From positions 1 through 64,000 of the forward strand of contig CDRNVI010000083.1 of the NCBI GenBank assembly GCA_977017575.1: a DNA stretch of 64,000 nt. Reading direction: 5' to 3'. A program made the position numbers and the translations under genes. This document shows, piece after piece, positions 21,336 to 33,050 of the stretch (the first letter of the stretch is position 1; the number at the start of each line of letters is the position of its first letter). Source of the DNA: Paramoeba atlantica (lineage: Eukaryota > Protista > Discosea). Below the pieces are notes generated by a model. It was not told the DNA's origin, did no database searches, and worked only from the letters and a program-made list of their open reading frames with translations.

Positions 21336-22800
21336 ATGATGCGGCGCGGTACGGGGAAGCGCGTGCGGAAAAGTAGAGAATCTGAATCGGTGGCTGGAGG
21401 AGGCGAATCTGTTGATGTGGGTGGAGAACCTGAATCCCCAAGAGTCACCCAAGAGCAGCGTTCTGATCCTTCAGCGCGTGTGCGCAGGGAATTGTCGAGG
21501 GCACTGGGGCAGCGTTTGAATGAATCTCCAACACAGGCCGCAGTAACTACTTCAGGATTGTTAACTCCGAATTCACGACAATTAACACGAGCACGTACGG
21601 GAAATGTGGATGATTCTTTGAGGTGCGGAGAGCTATCCTCGTTTTTTAAGTACGAGCTTTGCAATTTCTCTAATTCTGAAAACGAAAATGATTCTACCAG
21701 CGCGTGCCAGAAAGAACTTGAAACACGCACCGACATTGGGACATACCTGCAAGACGCAGCAAACCAACGACGTCATGCAATCTGTTTGTACTGTGGCGCT
21801 GTTTTTCACAGCCGTTGCACACAGACTTATTATGTGCACAAGAACGAACGCTGTAAAGTGCTTCATAACCGAGAACAGCAGGATACCCAGTCGAACGTTG
21901 TCAAATGCGTTGATTTCATAAATGAAGGCCTCCCATGCTTGGCCGCTAAGAGCAGCATGTCAACGGGGGCCTTCCTTTCGTTCGTACGATCATATGAAGA
22001 AATACGTCCAAACAGTCCACCAGCAGAAATACTGCCTCATTTGCCTTGCCCGAAGACTTTTCATGTGAAGGAAAAAATTGTTGCTAGTAAACTTTGGGAA
22101 ACGATTCGTGCAACCGTGAAGCAGCACTCATTTTTTGGACTAGCTGTAGACGGGGGAATAAACAATGTCAAACATCAACACATAGTTGTAAGCGTAATGT
22201 ACGTCGGAGAAAGTTCGTTTGTGTTGCCACTTGTATATCATAAGCGAAAAAAGGCCTTTAGTGGAGCTGAAATGTCTGCACACCTTATGACTATGTTACG
22301 AGGAGGTTTGGGAGACGATGTCTTAAAGCTGCGGTACTTGATGGTCGACGGATGCGCAGTTAATCATGTTGCACGTGCCGCCACAGAAGAAGCACTTAAA
22401 CAATTTTATGAGCGGTACGAAGAAGTAGGTACTCTTCAGACAAAGAGCATTTGTGTAACGGGGTGCGTTCTGTTGTTCCATGCGTTCGTGAGCTTTCTTG
22501 CTTCGGTCACCTAGTAAATTTAGTTGCTCGTGATGCGCTTGCTCACTATCGTCAACGTCCTTTTATGCAACTCCGCGACTCTTTCGCGGACCTGTTTTAT
22601 TCGGGAGGAAAACCTAGCGCCAAGAAAGGAAAGTACTTGGGGAAAGCTCTCGAGGACCTTGTATGCCCGTACGACACGACTGCGAACGAGTGCATAGAAT
22701 TTTTTTCGCAGTGGTATTCCTTGTCTGAAGAAACTCCTCTCACTGAAGCTATTTTACAGAACCATTTCAATAAACTATTGAAAGCACTAGAAGGACTCTC
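21336..22800 (+). pseudogene. hAT-like transposase, frameshifted and 3'-truncated
   Basis: BED-like finger CLYCG..H..ERC, FGLAVDGG, YLMVDGCAVN, and the CFGHLVNL motif in a shifted frame near 22480-22520. A repeat module replaces the rest from ~22805. Confidence 0.65.
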
Positions 22801-23417
22801 ACTAGAAGGTGGGGGGGGGGGTGGAAAATTATCGCCGCGGCCTACTCTACCAGTTCCCTGCACTCGATTTCGAAAAGCAAAAAATTCGAAAAAATATTTC
22901 GTATTAATGCCATCGAAAATGTACCCCAAAATCGATTTTTTTGATTTTTTTATAGTTTTCATCTCTTCACTCCAGATTCATATTCTGGTGCCTTTGCAAC
23001 GTTTTTTCACCCATTTTACATGCTTTCGCTTACCTAGTTTATCCTCAACACCTAAGTTCCGACGTCAAAAAAGTTTCATTTTTCGGAATTTCATCGGTTT
23101 CGTTCACCCTTACTTCGTTCATAAGAATGAAGTACTGGTGTTTGCAGCGATTGCTTCAGTCTTCCCTCTGGGCAAGTGCATGTACTCGGTCTTCCCCCCT
23201 GTGTTTCTCCTCGCACCATGTACTGACATATCCCTTCCTGTATGGACACTATGCAGTTATCCTGTGCCATTCGGTGCTATCCTGTGCCATTTCGTGCCAT
23301 CCTGTGCCATCCAAAGCGATTTTTTTTGGCACAATGACCACCTTTGGCGCTCGCCTTCATGTGGATCTTGGTACCCGTTTACAAGAAGAGGCGGGGTGGT
23401 TCCAAGCACTATACCCC

Positions 23418-23737
23418 TCCTGCTTATGAGTTCCCCGGTTTTGAGAAAAAGGAGCTCATAAGCGTACCAGACTTGAATTCGAGCCATAAAAAAGCGAAAA
23501 TTCGGGCCCGCGGCGCGAAGCGCCGCGGGTTCTCCTTGACAATAATGCTGGCGGTAAAATGATTATCCGCTCAGTGAGCGAGTCTGTAGAGCAGTCTGAC
23601 GTACGATTGTTGGGATTTTTATGAATTGGGGTTCTGTGCAAAAAAAAGATCGCTTCGCGAAAAGTGGGTACAAAAACATTCGCCTTAGAAAAAGGAACTC
23701 ATAAGCGCACCAGAATTGGGGGAACTCATAAGCAGGA
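23418..23737. mobile_element. ~320-bp MITE-like element with 19-bp TIR TCCTGCTTATGAGTTCCCC
   Basis: TIR pair at 23418-23436 and 23719-23737. Internal repeats of AAAAAGGA(G/A)CTCATAAGCG. Central perfect hairpin CCCGCGGCGC-GAA-GCGCCGCGGG. Confidence 0.7.
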
Positions 23738-24967
23738 ACAACTATCAGTACAAGTTTGTAGTCGCTCCATTAAACGCGGTGGTTAACGTTTTTTTATATT
23801 ACGTTACTTCTCTCCCATAAGTTCAAATGAGTTCATGACTCGAGGATAGTGAGGTGAAGAGAATCAGAAGAAGCCGTTCTTTCCGTACAATTCTTATCAT
23901 AAACAATGAAATGGTCTAAGTAGAAATGGTCATCATCACTACGACCGCGCTTTTTTCGCAAGAGAAGATTAGGGTAGCTGGAAGATTGTGCTTACTTAAC
24001 TCCACACTCGTGACGTAAATACACCCCCAAATTATGAATTATCAGACAATATGCAAAACTACAGTGCAAAAGAGCATCCGAAAATTTACTCCAATTTAAA
24101 ATGCTACTTAGGAGGATGAAGATTCCTAAAACTAGACTCGTCGTGCCATCCTGTGCCATTTCGTGCCATCCTGTGGCACCCACAGGGAGGGTAAACTTGC
24201 ACAGTGGCCTATATCCGTCTAAAACGTCGCCATGGGACATGCGTTTTTTAACATTCCCCCCCCTGTGCCGCTCCCCGTGCCGCCCTCTCTTCCGCTCCCT
24301 GCGTCGCCCCCTGTGCCGCCCTCTCTTGCGCTCTCTGTGCCGCCCCTTGTGTTACCTCCCGCCCTTTTATTCCCGCACCCGGCGCCAATAAAACAAGGCG
24401 CTACAGAACTAGGGTGTGAGGAATATCGCGGAAAGAAACTGCCCGACACCGACACAACAAAGTGCTAAACAACTAGGGCAGAGGTATTTCCCGCGCATGG
24501 AGTTACCCGGTGTCAACAAAAAAAGACGCCAAGAAACTAGGGTAAAATCCATGCACAGCCAAAATATTAGGCAGGGTCGTGGTTCAACTTTCTTGAGCCA
24601 CGTTGGGGAGTAGCGAACCCCACCTATCCGAGCTTTGTTCATTGGATTCCCTACGGGAAGAACTTCTCCTCTCCAAGTGGAGCGCCAGTCACAGCTTGCT
24701 GTGGCTGACTTCGACCGATTTATCGGACCTTCCCACTTGGAGAGTCGAGGGCCCATAACTCTTCGGAGTCAAACGGCCCAGTTCATCATCATCAAGGATA
24801 AGGTATAACAGTTGAAGACTTGACAAAAAGCTAGTTTATTGCAATAGCACCTTTGATTACTTTCATCAACAATAAGTCCACTTACCCCCAGGGTGTGAAT
24901 TAATATACGGTAGCGAGGGGGTAGTATCTCCCTCAATTTAAACTAGTTTGTATGACCACACTGTAGG

Positions 24968-25726
24968 TCAAGTACACATGGACACCGTCTGAGGTTTCCA
25001 ACACACCCCTTCCGGAAGCTCTTCTAGTTCTGGGGTGTATCCCGCAAAGTTGTTCTGGTGAAGATAAATAAGCCGTCGCACCGCCCCCCGACGGAATAGT
25101 GGAGTCAAATCAACCACTCCATTGAAGTGATTCGTGTCCAGACGGAGAACCTCAAGGTGCGGGGGCAGATGGGCGAGGGAGATGGGACCGTGAAACTCGT
25201 TGTTTCGTAACACTAGCCTTCGAAGCGAGACAGGTAGGTGGGACAACACCACCGTGCCGGAGAGGTAATTACACTCCACGGAGAAATTCACCAAGGACTG
25301 TGGAAGACACGACAAATCGAGCTCTCCCACGAATGCACACTTATCCGCCTCGAGATGCCGTAGCGAGGGCGGGAGCTGCGCGCAAGGAATATCCCCGGTG
25401 AGGTGCTCGTTTCCCATGAGATACAGTGTATGAATGCTCAGCGGGAGGTAACCCAAAGAGAGGTTCCCCTGGAGCTGCAGAAAGCTCCAATCCATGGAGA
25501 CCGGGGTTTTATCGGATTCACAAACCACACCATGCCATGTGCAGATCGAAACAGGGACTGTGCCAAAGAATAGCTTGGAGGTGGTTGATTTCCAGCTAGG
25601 GTGGGGGGTTTGTAGAGGAGCGATGAGGGCCTCGAGACGTATCTCCATGGGGAGGAGCGTTCGATCAACACGGCTGGGAGCGGAGCGTCGGGGAGGGCGA
25701 TCAGAGCTGCGTACAAGGAGGGGCAT
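24968..25726 (-). CDS. Leucine-rich repeat protein (family paralog 1)
   Basis: N-cap CTWHGVVC, repeats of LPxxLxxLxLxxNxFxGxxDLxx. Confidence 0.85.
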   Translation of the reverse strand: MPLLVRSSDRPPRRSAPSRVDRTLLPMEIRLEALIAPLQTPHPSWKSTTSKLFFGTVPVSICTWHGVVCESDKTPVSMDWSFLQLQGNLSLGYLPLSIHTLYLMGNEHLTGDIPCAQLPPSLRHLEADKCAFVGELDLSCLPQSLVNFSVECNYLSGTVVLSHLPVSLRRLVLRNNEFHGPISLAHLPPHLEVLRLDTNHFNGVVDLTPLFRRGAVRRLIYLHQNNFAGYTPELEELPEGVCWKPQTVSMCT

Positions 25727-26103
25727 TAGATAGGCGGTATTTTACAAAAAAATAAGTAGAACGAGAGATGAAGATGGAGGAAGAGGTTAAGAAAGAGAGG
25801 CATCCTTCCCTCTTAGCGTTGCCAGATCTTGCTAAAAAGCAACGCTAATAGATGGAGGGGGTCAAAAAAAACCGTACCACTTCATGTTTTCTCAAATACG
25901 TGATTCAGTAAAACTCTATACGATAGACCACCACGTAATATATCACAAGAGACCTCTACGCAAGTAAGACCCTACACGGCACAGGAAAATATGTGCCTCT
26001 AAAAAGTTATTCTATTCCTTGTCTACATGTGTATCTATTGCTAAAAACGTATTGCTAGAACATTATGAAAAGCGACCCAAAAAATACGAAGCCCAAGCAG
26101 CCT

Positions 26104-29100
26104 CTATCTCCTCGCACTCGAGTGAGATCGACTACGGACACTTTGAGTACTGACACTGCGCTCACTCCGAGCCGAGATGTGCGCCTGAGATGCCGACTGC
26201 GCGATGGGTAGCACCGATTGATGCACCATACGCGATACTCGCTCCGGGAGGGTAATATCCCGCCACGTCGGGCGCAACCCTTGTGGCTGAAATACAGCCG
26301 GGGAGGCGCCAATGTGCTGCAACTCGTACGACGTGAAGAGATTCCCAAGAACCCAGCAGGAGCCCTGGCGAATTCCTTCCACCTGAGTCTGGAACTCCTG
26401 AATCTGGGAAAGTGCCTCGGTGCGGCTCAAAGGGCGAACTCCGGCGACGCGTGCAAAAGCGTGTAGCGACTTCGGAAGCATTCGTAGACTTTGGTGAATC
26501 TCGTAGATTGAACGCAGCAAAGCGGGGCGGGTCTCAAAGTAGTACACCAGCGCGCGAAGTTTTTTCACCATGGTCAACGTTTCGGTCATTGTGCTGGAGA
26601 GCGCTGTGCGAGCGTGTGCGGGGGAAGGTTTTGTCGTCTTCTCCAAGGAGGTCTGATGGAGTTGTACTTGCTGCTGCGACACTAACTCACGGTTTAGCTC
26701 CAGCAGAGTTTGATACTTTGCCTCGCGATTCTGATAGAACGTCTGTATATGTGCCGTATTGGCGGGTAAAAGTTTCGTGTTGGATGATTGAGTAGATTGT
26801 GCAGCCGTATTCCCTTTGCTATGATGTGGTTCCCCATGCGTTATCTTGACCTCCCCGATAACCTCTGGACTCGCTTTAAATCGCTCAATCTGCAGTTCAC
26901 GTTCTATCCGTGAGATGCGAGACACGAGCTGAGCCGTCGCCTCAGACCCCACGCGCTGAGCGGTCAAATCCTTCTCCAGCTGTGACACGAGGTTATGCAG
27001 CGCAGCAACTTCCTCCTTTTTATGCTCCTCCACAAACTGAATACGTTGCTCGTAGCTGTGCTCCAGGGCTTGTTTGTGTTCCGCGAGCTGCGCGTCATGT
27101 GCGGCTCGGTGGGTGTCGATTTCCTGTGCTAGCCGTTGATTCTCCTTCCGAAGCTCGGAGAGTTGTTGCTGTAACACGGAGGGGGTAAGATCGGGCCGCG
27201 TGGGAGCACGTCGGGTAGCAAATCGTTTGTTAGGGGTGGGAACGTGACTTGTTTGGGCCTCAGGTAGCATCGGGAGCACGCGGTGAGTATCGCTTTCGTG
27301 AAGCGATTTAAGAGGAGTCGAAATGTGGGTGGTTTTTCCCCCAAGAGAGGGGACAGCAGCAGGCTGGGAGACCCATTCCATTTTAGAGGGCGTAGCTAAG
27401 GAACGAATTTTATTTGTTTTCTTCATGCTTTCAGAGAGAGCCTCATCGGGTGTGGTGAATCCCAAGTCGCGAGAGATAAACTCAGGAGAGCCGGGAAGGT
27501 TTTCTTCACTCTCCTCATGGGGTGTCAGGTCATACATGCAATTTCGCACAAGTCTGCATCGGCCCGCGGCATTTAAACACACAGAGGAAACGTCAGAACT
27601 GACGTGAGAATGTTCCAACAAGGAAAGTTGGGTACGCAAAACGTCATTCTCCGCTTGGGTAGCCTTCTCTCTGGCGTGTGCGGTGCGTAGTGCGGTATCC
27701 TTTAGCAAGGCACGCAATAAAGTGTAGGAAGTATCTTGAGAGAGGAGCTCTTCCCACTTCCCACCCGTGAAGGAGACGGAGTCAAAGCCAGAGGGGAGGG
27801 CAACGCCCTGAGAAGCGTCAGGAGGCGACGAGAAGAGAGTCTCGATTTGTGTAGGCACAAGCGAAGGAGATGGTAATTTTCTGTTCTCTTCCGTTGTGGA
27901 AACTGATCTCGGGCGTGCCGCTTCTAATTGCTGACAAAACTGTCGCTCTCGAGCCTCTGCCTCGCGGAGCTTTCGTGTTGCTCCGTTCATTGTGCCTTCT
28001 AGGAATGATTCAATGGATGTGCATTGCGCACGAAGATTTTCTATTTCTTTGTACAACTCGGAGACAATCTTAGGTTGGGGTGCAAGATAAGCAGACTCGC
28101 TGCCACGTTGGGTAGAGACTTCGCGCCACTCCTTTCGGTGTTGTTCTAAGGTTCGGATAAGTTTTTGGTTCTCCGCGCTCAAACGTTCCAGACGTTCCTC
28201 CGCGTCTTCCAAATCTTGTTTTGGTATGTCAATGGAGTCGGAAAGGTGCAGCTGAAGCTCGGAAGGGGAGTGAATAGACTGTAAAGGTAATGAAGATGTA
28301 GCAGCTGGATGTAAGACTTCCTGTAGTGCTTTTGTCAAGTGATGCAACGAATTCATACCCTCTTGTGTCGCTGCATCAATACATGTGGAAAGAGAGTTAT
28401 TTTCGGCGTGGCATAGCTTTAGGCCAAAGCAAAGTAGGTGCTGAAGATTTTGAATCTGAAGTAAGGAAGCGTGAATCGACGCATTCGTCGATGAATTCTC
28501 CTGCAGCTGCACATTTGAAATGTTCGTGTTCTCGGAACCGGGATCCGAGATTATCAAGGAGGGTGATTCCTTTGAATCGGGTAGGGACGTAACATTCGTC
28601 TTTCGTACGCGACGAAAGGTTCGATGCGTAAGCTTTGATGTGGATGGTTCAGATCTATTTGTATCCATTGGAGATTCATCAAAGTGCCTCTCACGCTTGA
28701 ATATAGCCTTCAGACCATCATGTGACTGTGAAACAAGTGTTGGAGGTTTGTCGTAGATTGATTCGAATCGATAAGAACACATAATTTCTGACTGTGGAAC
28801 AATACTGCCCTGCGTGAAAATGCGCGCATTGGGTAGAATGGATTGTTGCTGTTCAGTCACGAAGACACTCGGTTCGTTTTTTATAGCTTCAACAGTTATA
28901 GGCGCGCCATACTCATTAAGCGTGTGTTCGTCTGTCTCCATCGTATCAATTTTCGTATGAAGGGGATCCATTCTATTTGTATCATCAGGAATAGAGACAG
29001 ATGTGGACGAGATATTCTTTCGGGAAAGAGAAATTTGTGCATGGCCGCCGCTGTTTCCCCTCAGGTATAGGGATGAAACAAGCTCTGTGACACGTTGTAT

Positions 29101-31956
29101 CGCAATGTCCCCAAAATTGTTTTTCTTTTCCTTTGTTTTCGTTTGTTCTTCGGAAGGCTCTTCAGTCTCATCGAATGTGCGACTGGAAACGGAATCTCGG
29201 CCAGAGTTTATTTCAGAAACATATTGCACAGCGATTTTTGAAACGGTTGACAAAGCTTCATCTTGAGATTCTTTCGTTATATTCAGGGCAATGAGTTCTT
29301 TTTTATCTTCATCGATTGTGTGCATGAGTGCTTCAATACATGTGCGTTGCTCTTCATTTTCTTCAATAAGATTGTTAATTCTCGATTGCAAAACTCCCTT
29401 CGTGTCCGATAGTGTACAATTATCTTTTTTTAACTCCATCAACTTTGAATGAGACATTTCCCGCTCTACATCGTATTCTTGCTTCGTAGTCATTGTGAGT
29501 TCTTGCAAATCTGTTGCCTTAGTTTGGAGTGTTGTATTTTCAGCACGCAATGCCTCATTTTCTTTTAAAGTTTTATCGAAGAGTCTAGCCTGCTCTCCGT
29601 GCTCTATTTTTAATTTTAGAAAAGAGGATGTTGTAGCCTCTTGCTGATCTAAAAGTCTCTGTTTCTCGCCCAAAACATTTTTTAGATTCCGTATAGCATC
29701 TGTAAGCTCATGCCTTTCAATAGTAAAGATCTCACATTCGTGTTTGAAATGGGTAGCCTCAACGTTTTTTTCCTCTAATTGTTTTTCAACGTTTTTCAAA
29801 TCGGCACGTACCCCTTCACATTCCTCCTTGTGACCTTTCATTATGACAATAGAGTGCTCTGCATCCGCTACCTTTGCTAAAAGTTCAGTATTTTCGCAAC
29901 GCGCCGTTTCACAGACATTGTGCAGTTCCTTATTCATGTGCTTTTCGTCTTCCAAATGTTGTCTAACCTTTTCAACAGATCGAACGTAGGCATCGTGAAA
30001 TTTTTGATCATCACATAATTTTTTCAATAGCCCGTTATTCCAGTCTTCCCAACAGAGACGCATTGCTCGCTGCTCCTCTTGTTCAAGAAAACACCGCGTA
30101 GAATGCTCCGAAAAAACCAATTCTCCCCTTTGAAACCTTTTCAATTCCTTTTGTTGTCGGTCCAAATGCTGTTGTAAACTTTTACATTCGTTCTCCTTCT
30201 TTTGAAACGCTTCCGAGGACTTTTGCTCCAAGCCCCCCAACAGTGTCAATTCTTGATGAAAAGTATTTGCCTTTTCCAGTGCCGCATTCCTTTCCTTCTC
30301 TAACAGGCGACCGGCCTCCACTGACGCTGCGTGCTGTGTGCGCACGCGTTGCAGCTCGGTCCCGAGTTCCCCTGCACGGTCGCGCATTGCCACGCACTGC
30401 GCTAAACTCTGCTCCAGCTGAAGCTCCGTCTCCTGAGCATGTTGGTCTGTGGCAGCGTGCAATGCTCCACCCCAGGCACTCTCTGCATTCCACACCTTAA
30501 GCTCCCCATCGGCCGCACAGGTCCACAGCCGACTACACACACTTTGGTGAATCACCGCGGAGACGGTGACATACCCGGTGTGGGCGCAAAACTGGCCTTG
30601 GAGCTCAAACGTGCGCAGATCCCACAAAAACACCGTCGCGAGACACACGCTCCACACCTTGCTTCCGACCAGCAGCAGAGCTGTCACAGGCCCCGTGTGA
30701 GGGTCCTGTATGCGATGCACACAACACCCTCCGCGGGAGCCTGTATCCGGGGTGGCAATATCCCAAATACGCACCGTACCATCCTCACTCGCGGACCAGA
30801 GCTGGGAGCCACTCCCGAGCAGCGCACGCACTGCCCCTCGATGTCCTTCCCAGTTCCCACAACAGGACCCGGAGAACAGATCCCAGAGCTTAATACTACA
30901 GTCATCCCCGCCACTGTACAGCACATTCCCGTGAACCTGCAACGCGCGCACCGCCCCCCGATGCCCCTGCAAAATCCTCATCCGCTCACACGACACCGCA
31001 TCCCACATGGTGATCAAAAAATCCAAACTCCCCGTAAACACACACCTCCCCCGCAGCGCGTGGCACATCACCTGCACCCCCCCTCCCTCGGCGTGCTCCC
31101 GGGTCTCCTTCAGCACCCCCAGCGTGTTCCGGTCGAACACCCGCACCATGCCGTCCGCGAACCCCGCCCACACGTGGACCCCCACCTCCAGCAGGCACAG
31201 CACGAACATGCTGCGCTTCCCCGGGGTGGTGCGGAGGGGGTTGCCGGTGGCGAAGTCGTACAGGCGCAGGGCCCCGGTGCGGTCCGCGACCCACACGACG
31301 TCCCCGACAAGGGCCATGGCCCTGGCGTGGACGGCGGGGCGGGTGTCGACGACCCCCGTGCCGGTGAAGTAGGCCGCGGCGGGGAGCTCGTGGGGGGGGC
31401 GGGGGGCGTGGCGGCGGACGAAGAGGAGGGTGCTGGGGGTGAAGCCCGGGGGGCGGGGGTGGGCGGCGGTGTTGCGGTCGTAGGCCGTGGGGAGGGGGTC
31501 GGGGGCGAGGGGGGGGGAGGGGAAGAGGGGAGGGACGGAGGAAGAGGAGAGAGAGTGAGGGGGGTGGGAAGGGGGTAGGGTGGTGGTTGCTGCTGTGGTG
31601 GTGGTGGCTGCTGTGGTGGTGGTTGCTGCTGTGGTGGTTGCTGCTGTGGTGGTGGTTGCTGCTGTGGTGGTGGTTGCTGTGGTGGTTGCTGCTGTGGTGG
31701 TTGCTGCTGCCCGTGAGGTCGAGGTGACGGTGTGGTTGGTGGGTTTTGTGGTGGGGGGAGTTGGGACGACACGAGAGGATAGGGGACGGGAGGGACGGTG
31801 TGATGAGGTGGTGGTTGTGGTTGTGGGACGGGAGGAGGAGGCGGATCGGGTTCGGGTGTGGGTGGAGGTGGTGGGAAGGGTGTAGTGGGGGGGAGGGGGG
31901 GAGGGGTTGTGGGGGAGGGGGACGGGGGGAGGAGAAGGGGGGTGGGTGGAGGGCAT
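26104..31956 (-). CDS. Large WD40-repeat / coiled-coil protein
   Basis: ~1,950-aa ORF with GH..WD repeats (GHRGAVRAL..IKLWD, VRIWD) followed by long coiled coils. Start taken at MPSTHP; the frame is open to 32073. Confidence 0.85.
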   Translation of the reverse strand: MPSTHPPSPPPVPLPHNPSPPPPHYTLPTTSTHTRTRSASSSRPTTTTTTSSHRPSRPLSSRVVPTPPTTKPTNHTVTSTSRAAATTTAATTTATTTTAATTTTAATTTAATTTTAATTTTAATTTLPPSHPPHSLSSSSVPPLFPSPPLAPDPLPTAYDRNTAAHPRPPGFTPSTLLFVRRHAPRPPHELPAAAYFTGTGVVDTRPAVHARAMALVGDVVWVADRTGALRLYDFATGNPLRTTPGKRSMFVLCLLEVGVHVWAGFADGMVRVFDRNTLGVLKETREHAEGGGVQVMCHALRGRCVFTGSLDFLITMWDAVSCERMRILQGHRGAVRALQVHGNVLYSGGDDCSIKLWDLFSGSCCGNWEGHRGAVRALLGSGSQLWSASEDGTVRIWDIATPDTGSRGGCCVHRIQDPHTGPVTALLLVGSKVWSVCLATVFLWDLRTFELQGQFCAHTGYVTVSAVIHQSVCSRLWTCAADGELKVWNAESAWGGALHAATDQHAQETELQLEQSLAQCVAMRDRAGELGTELQRVRTQHAASVEAGRLLEKERNAALEKANTFHQELTLLGGLEQKSSEAFQKKENECKSLQQHLDRQQKELKRFQRGELVFSEHSTRCFLEQEEQRAMRLCWEDWNNGLLKKLCDDQKFHDAYVRSVEKVRQHLEDEKHMNKELHNVCETARCENTELLAKVADAEHSIVIMKGHKEECEGVRADLKNVEKQLEEKNVEATHFKHECEIFTIERHELTDAIRNLKNVLGEKQRLLDQQEATTSSFLKLKIEHGEQARLFDKTLKENEALRAENTTLQTKATDLQELTMTTKQEYDVEREMSHSKLMELKKDNCTLSDTKGVLQSRINNLIEENEEQRTCIEALMHTIDEDKKELIALNITKESQDEALSTVSKIAVQYVSEINSGRDSVSSRTFDETEEPSEEQTKTKEKKNNFGDIAIQRVTELVSSLYLRGNSGGHAQISLSRKNISSTSVSIPDDTNRMDPLHTKIDTMETDEHTLNEYGAPITVEAIKNEPSVFVTEQQQSILPNARIFTQGSIVPQSEIMCSYRFESIYDKPPTLVSQSHDGLKAIFKRERHFDESPMDTNRSEPSTSKLTHRTFRRVRKTNVTSLPDSKESPSLIISDPGSENTNISNVQLQENSSTNASIHASLLQIQNLQHLLCFGLKLCHAENNSLSTCIDAATQEGMNSLHHLTKALQEVLHPAATSSLPLQSIHSPSELQLHLSDSIDIPKQDLEDAEERLERLSAENQKLIRTLEQHRKEWREVSTQRGSESAYLAPQPKIVSELYKEIENLRAQCTSIESFLEGTMNGATRKLREAEARERQFCQQLEAARPRSVSTTEENRKLPSPSLVPTQIETLFSSPPDASQGVALPSGFDSVSFTGGKWEELLSQDTSYTLLRALLKDTALRTAHAREKATQAENDVLRTQLSLLEHSHVSSDVSSVCLNAAGRCRLVRNCMYDLTPHEESEENLPGSPEFISRDLGFTTPDEALSESMKKTNKIRSLATPSKMEWVSQPAAVPSLGGKTTHISTPLKSLHESDTHRVLPMLPEAQTSHVPTPNKRFATRRAPTRPDLTPSVLQQQLSELRKENQRLAQEIDTHRAAHDAQLAEHKQALEHSYEQRIQFVEEHKKEEVAALHNLVSQLEKDLTAQRVGSEATAQLVSRISRIERELQIERFKASPEVIGEVKITHGEPHHSKGNTAAQSTQSSNTKLLPANTAHIQTFYQNREAKYQTLLELNRELVSQQQVQLHQTSLEKTTKPSPAHARTALSSTMTETLTMVKKLRALVYYFETRPALLRSIYEIHQSLRMLPKSLHAFARVAGVRPLSRTEALSQIQEFQTQVEGIRQGSCWVLGNLFTSYELQHIGASPAVFQPQGLRPTWRDITLPERVSRMVHQSVLPIAQSASQAHISARSERSVSTQSVRSRSHSSARR

Positions 31957-32348
31957 GGGGTAGGGGAGGGGGAAGGGGAGAGGGTGTGGAAAGGTGGGAG
32001 GAAGGAGAGTTGAATAGTGGAGTGCGAGAGAAAAGAAAGGGAAATGGCGATGGAAAGGAAGAATATACAACAAAGAGGAAAAACGAAGGAAAGTCCAGTA
32101 TTTGAGGCGCTGGAGCCGACGTTCGATTAACGAACTTCATGGGTTGCGGATTAAAAGAGTTGAAGAGAGTTGTTTTTGTCAACACAAGCGACACGAAACA
32201 GGCCTGTGTTACAATACATTACGTTCTCCCAGGAAAGAGTTCTTGCTGTGCAGGTTCTATAAAACGACTCGTTCGTTGACCGACGGTCTGATTTTTCCAC
32301 GCGCAACATTGTATATACAGGAGAACGCTAGTCTCTCCACTGTAGCAC

Positions 32349-33050
32349 CTACGTGACGCAGCGCTTTTCAATTCGAGAGCGCGTAAACTGGACGGCAGGA
32401 CACACCCAGTATCCACAGGAGCATTGTGCGCCACATAAATTGTACCTTCCCACCTTAACTGCGGAAGAGCGCGCTGGTTGTCCATTTTTTACATCGGCTT
32501 TAGTAGGGACAATTGAGTTGCATGCTGAAGACGGACAGTACAAATCACCCATAAGTTGTCCATTCAAGGTACGCGCGTGTACGTAATTTCGCACCCAAGA
32601 AAGAATTGCTGAAGGCTCTAAATTTGTGCAGTTCTCACTTTCTGGTGCACCGAAAACCGAGTTTCTGCTTGAAGAAACGGTAGTCGATCCGTTTGTTTCT
32701 GTGTCCGACTGAATTTGGAGGTCTTCTGATGCACGGGGAGGTTCATCGTGAGAATTATTCCATGAAATAAAGATGGAACTACAGTTTGGTGAGTACTCAC
32801 GGGCTTGATGATAGTGTTTATGTCGAAATGCTTTAGGTTGAGAAGAGGACTGAACAAATCGCTCATTATTTTCGCTCGACAGAGTGTAAGAGCGTGGCTT
32901 TGTACAGTACGTGTAAGAATGAGAGGCGACTTGTGTCTCTGTAAAAAGAATAAAGCCACATACTCGACAACAATACTCAGAATTATTTTCATGCGTTTGA
33001 AAATCGCCATTCTCTGTCTCACACGGAACTTCACTTGCTATGCGACTCAT
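32349..33050 (-). CDS. Stand-alone YVH1/DUSP12-type zinc-binding domain protein
   Basis: YCCRVCGFILF, GDLYCP..CN, KVGRYNLCGAQCSCGYWVCPAVQFTRSRIE. No phosphatase domain is visible. Confidence 0.75.
   Translation of the reverse strand: MSRIASEVPCETENGDFQTHENNSEYCCRVCGFILFTETQVASHSYTYCTKPRSYTLSSENNERFVQSSSQPKAFRHKHYHQAREYSPNCSSIFISWNNSHDEPPRASEDLQIQSDTETNGSTTVSSSRNSVFGAPESENCTNLEPSAILSWVRNYVHARTLNGQLMGDLYCPSSACNSIVPTKADVKNGQPARSSAVKVGRYNLCGAQCSCGYWVCPAVQFTRSRIEKRCVT

Noticed and set aside
21100-23400. hAT terminal inverted repeats and TSD
   Set aside because: No convincing pair found by eye; both flanks are overwritten by other repeats.
24390-24560. AACTAGGG recurring at ~64-bp spacing
   Set aside because: Only about 2.5 degenerate tandem copies; no spacer structure or second locus.
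31575-31710. GTGGTTGCTGCT microsatellite as a separate element
   Set aside because: In-frame Thr/Ala tract of the WD40 protein.
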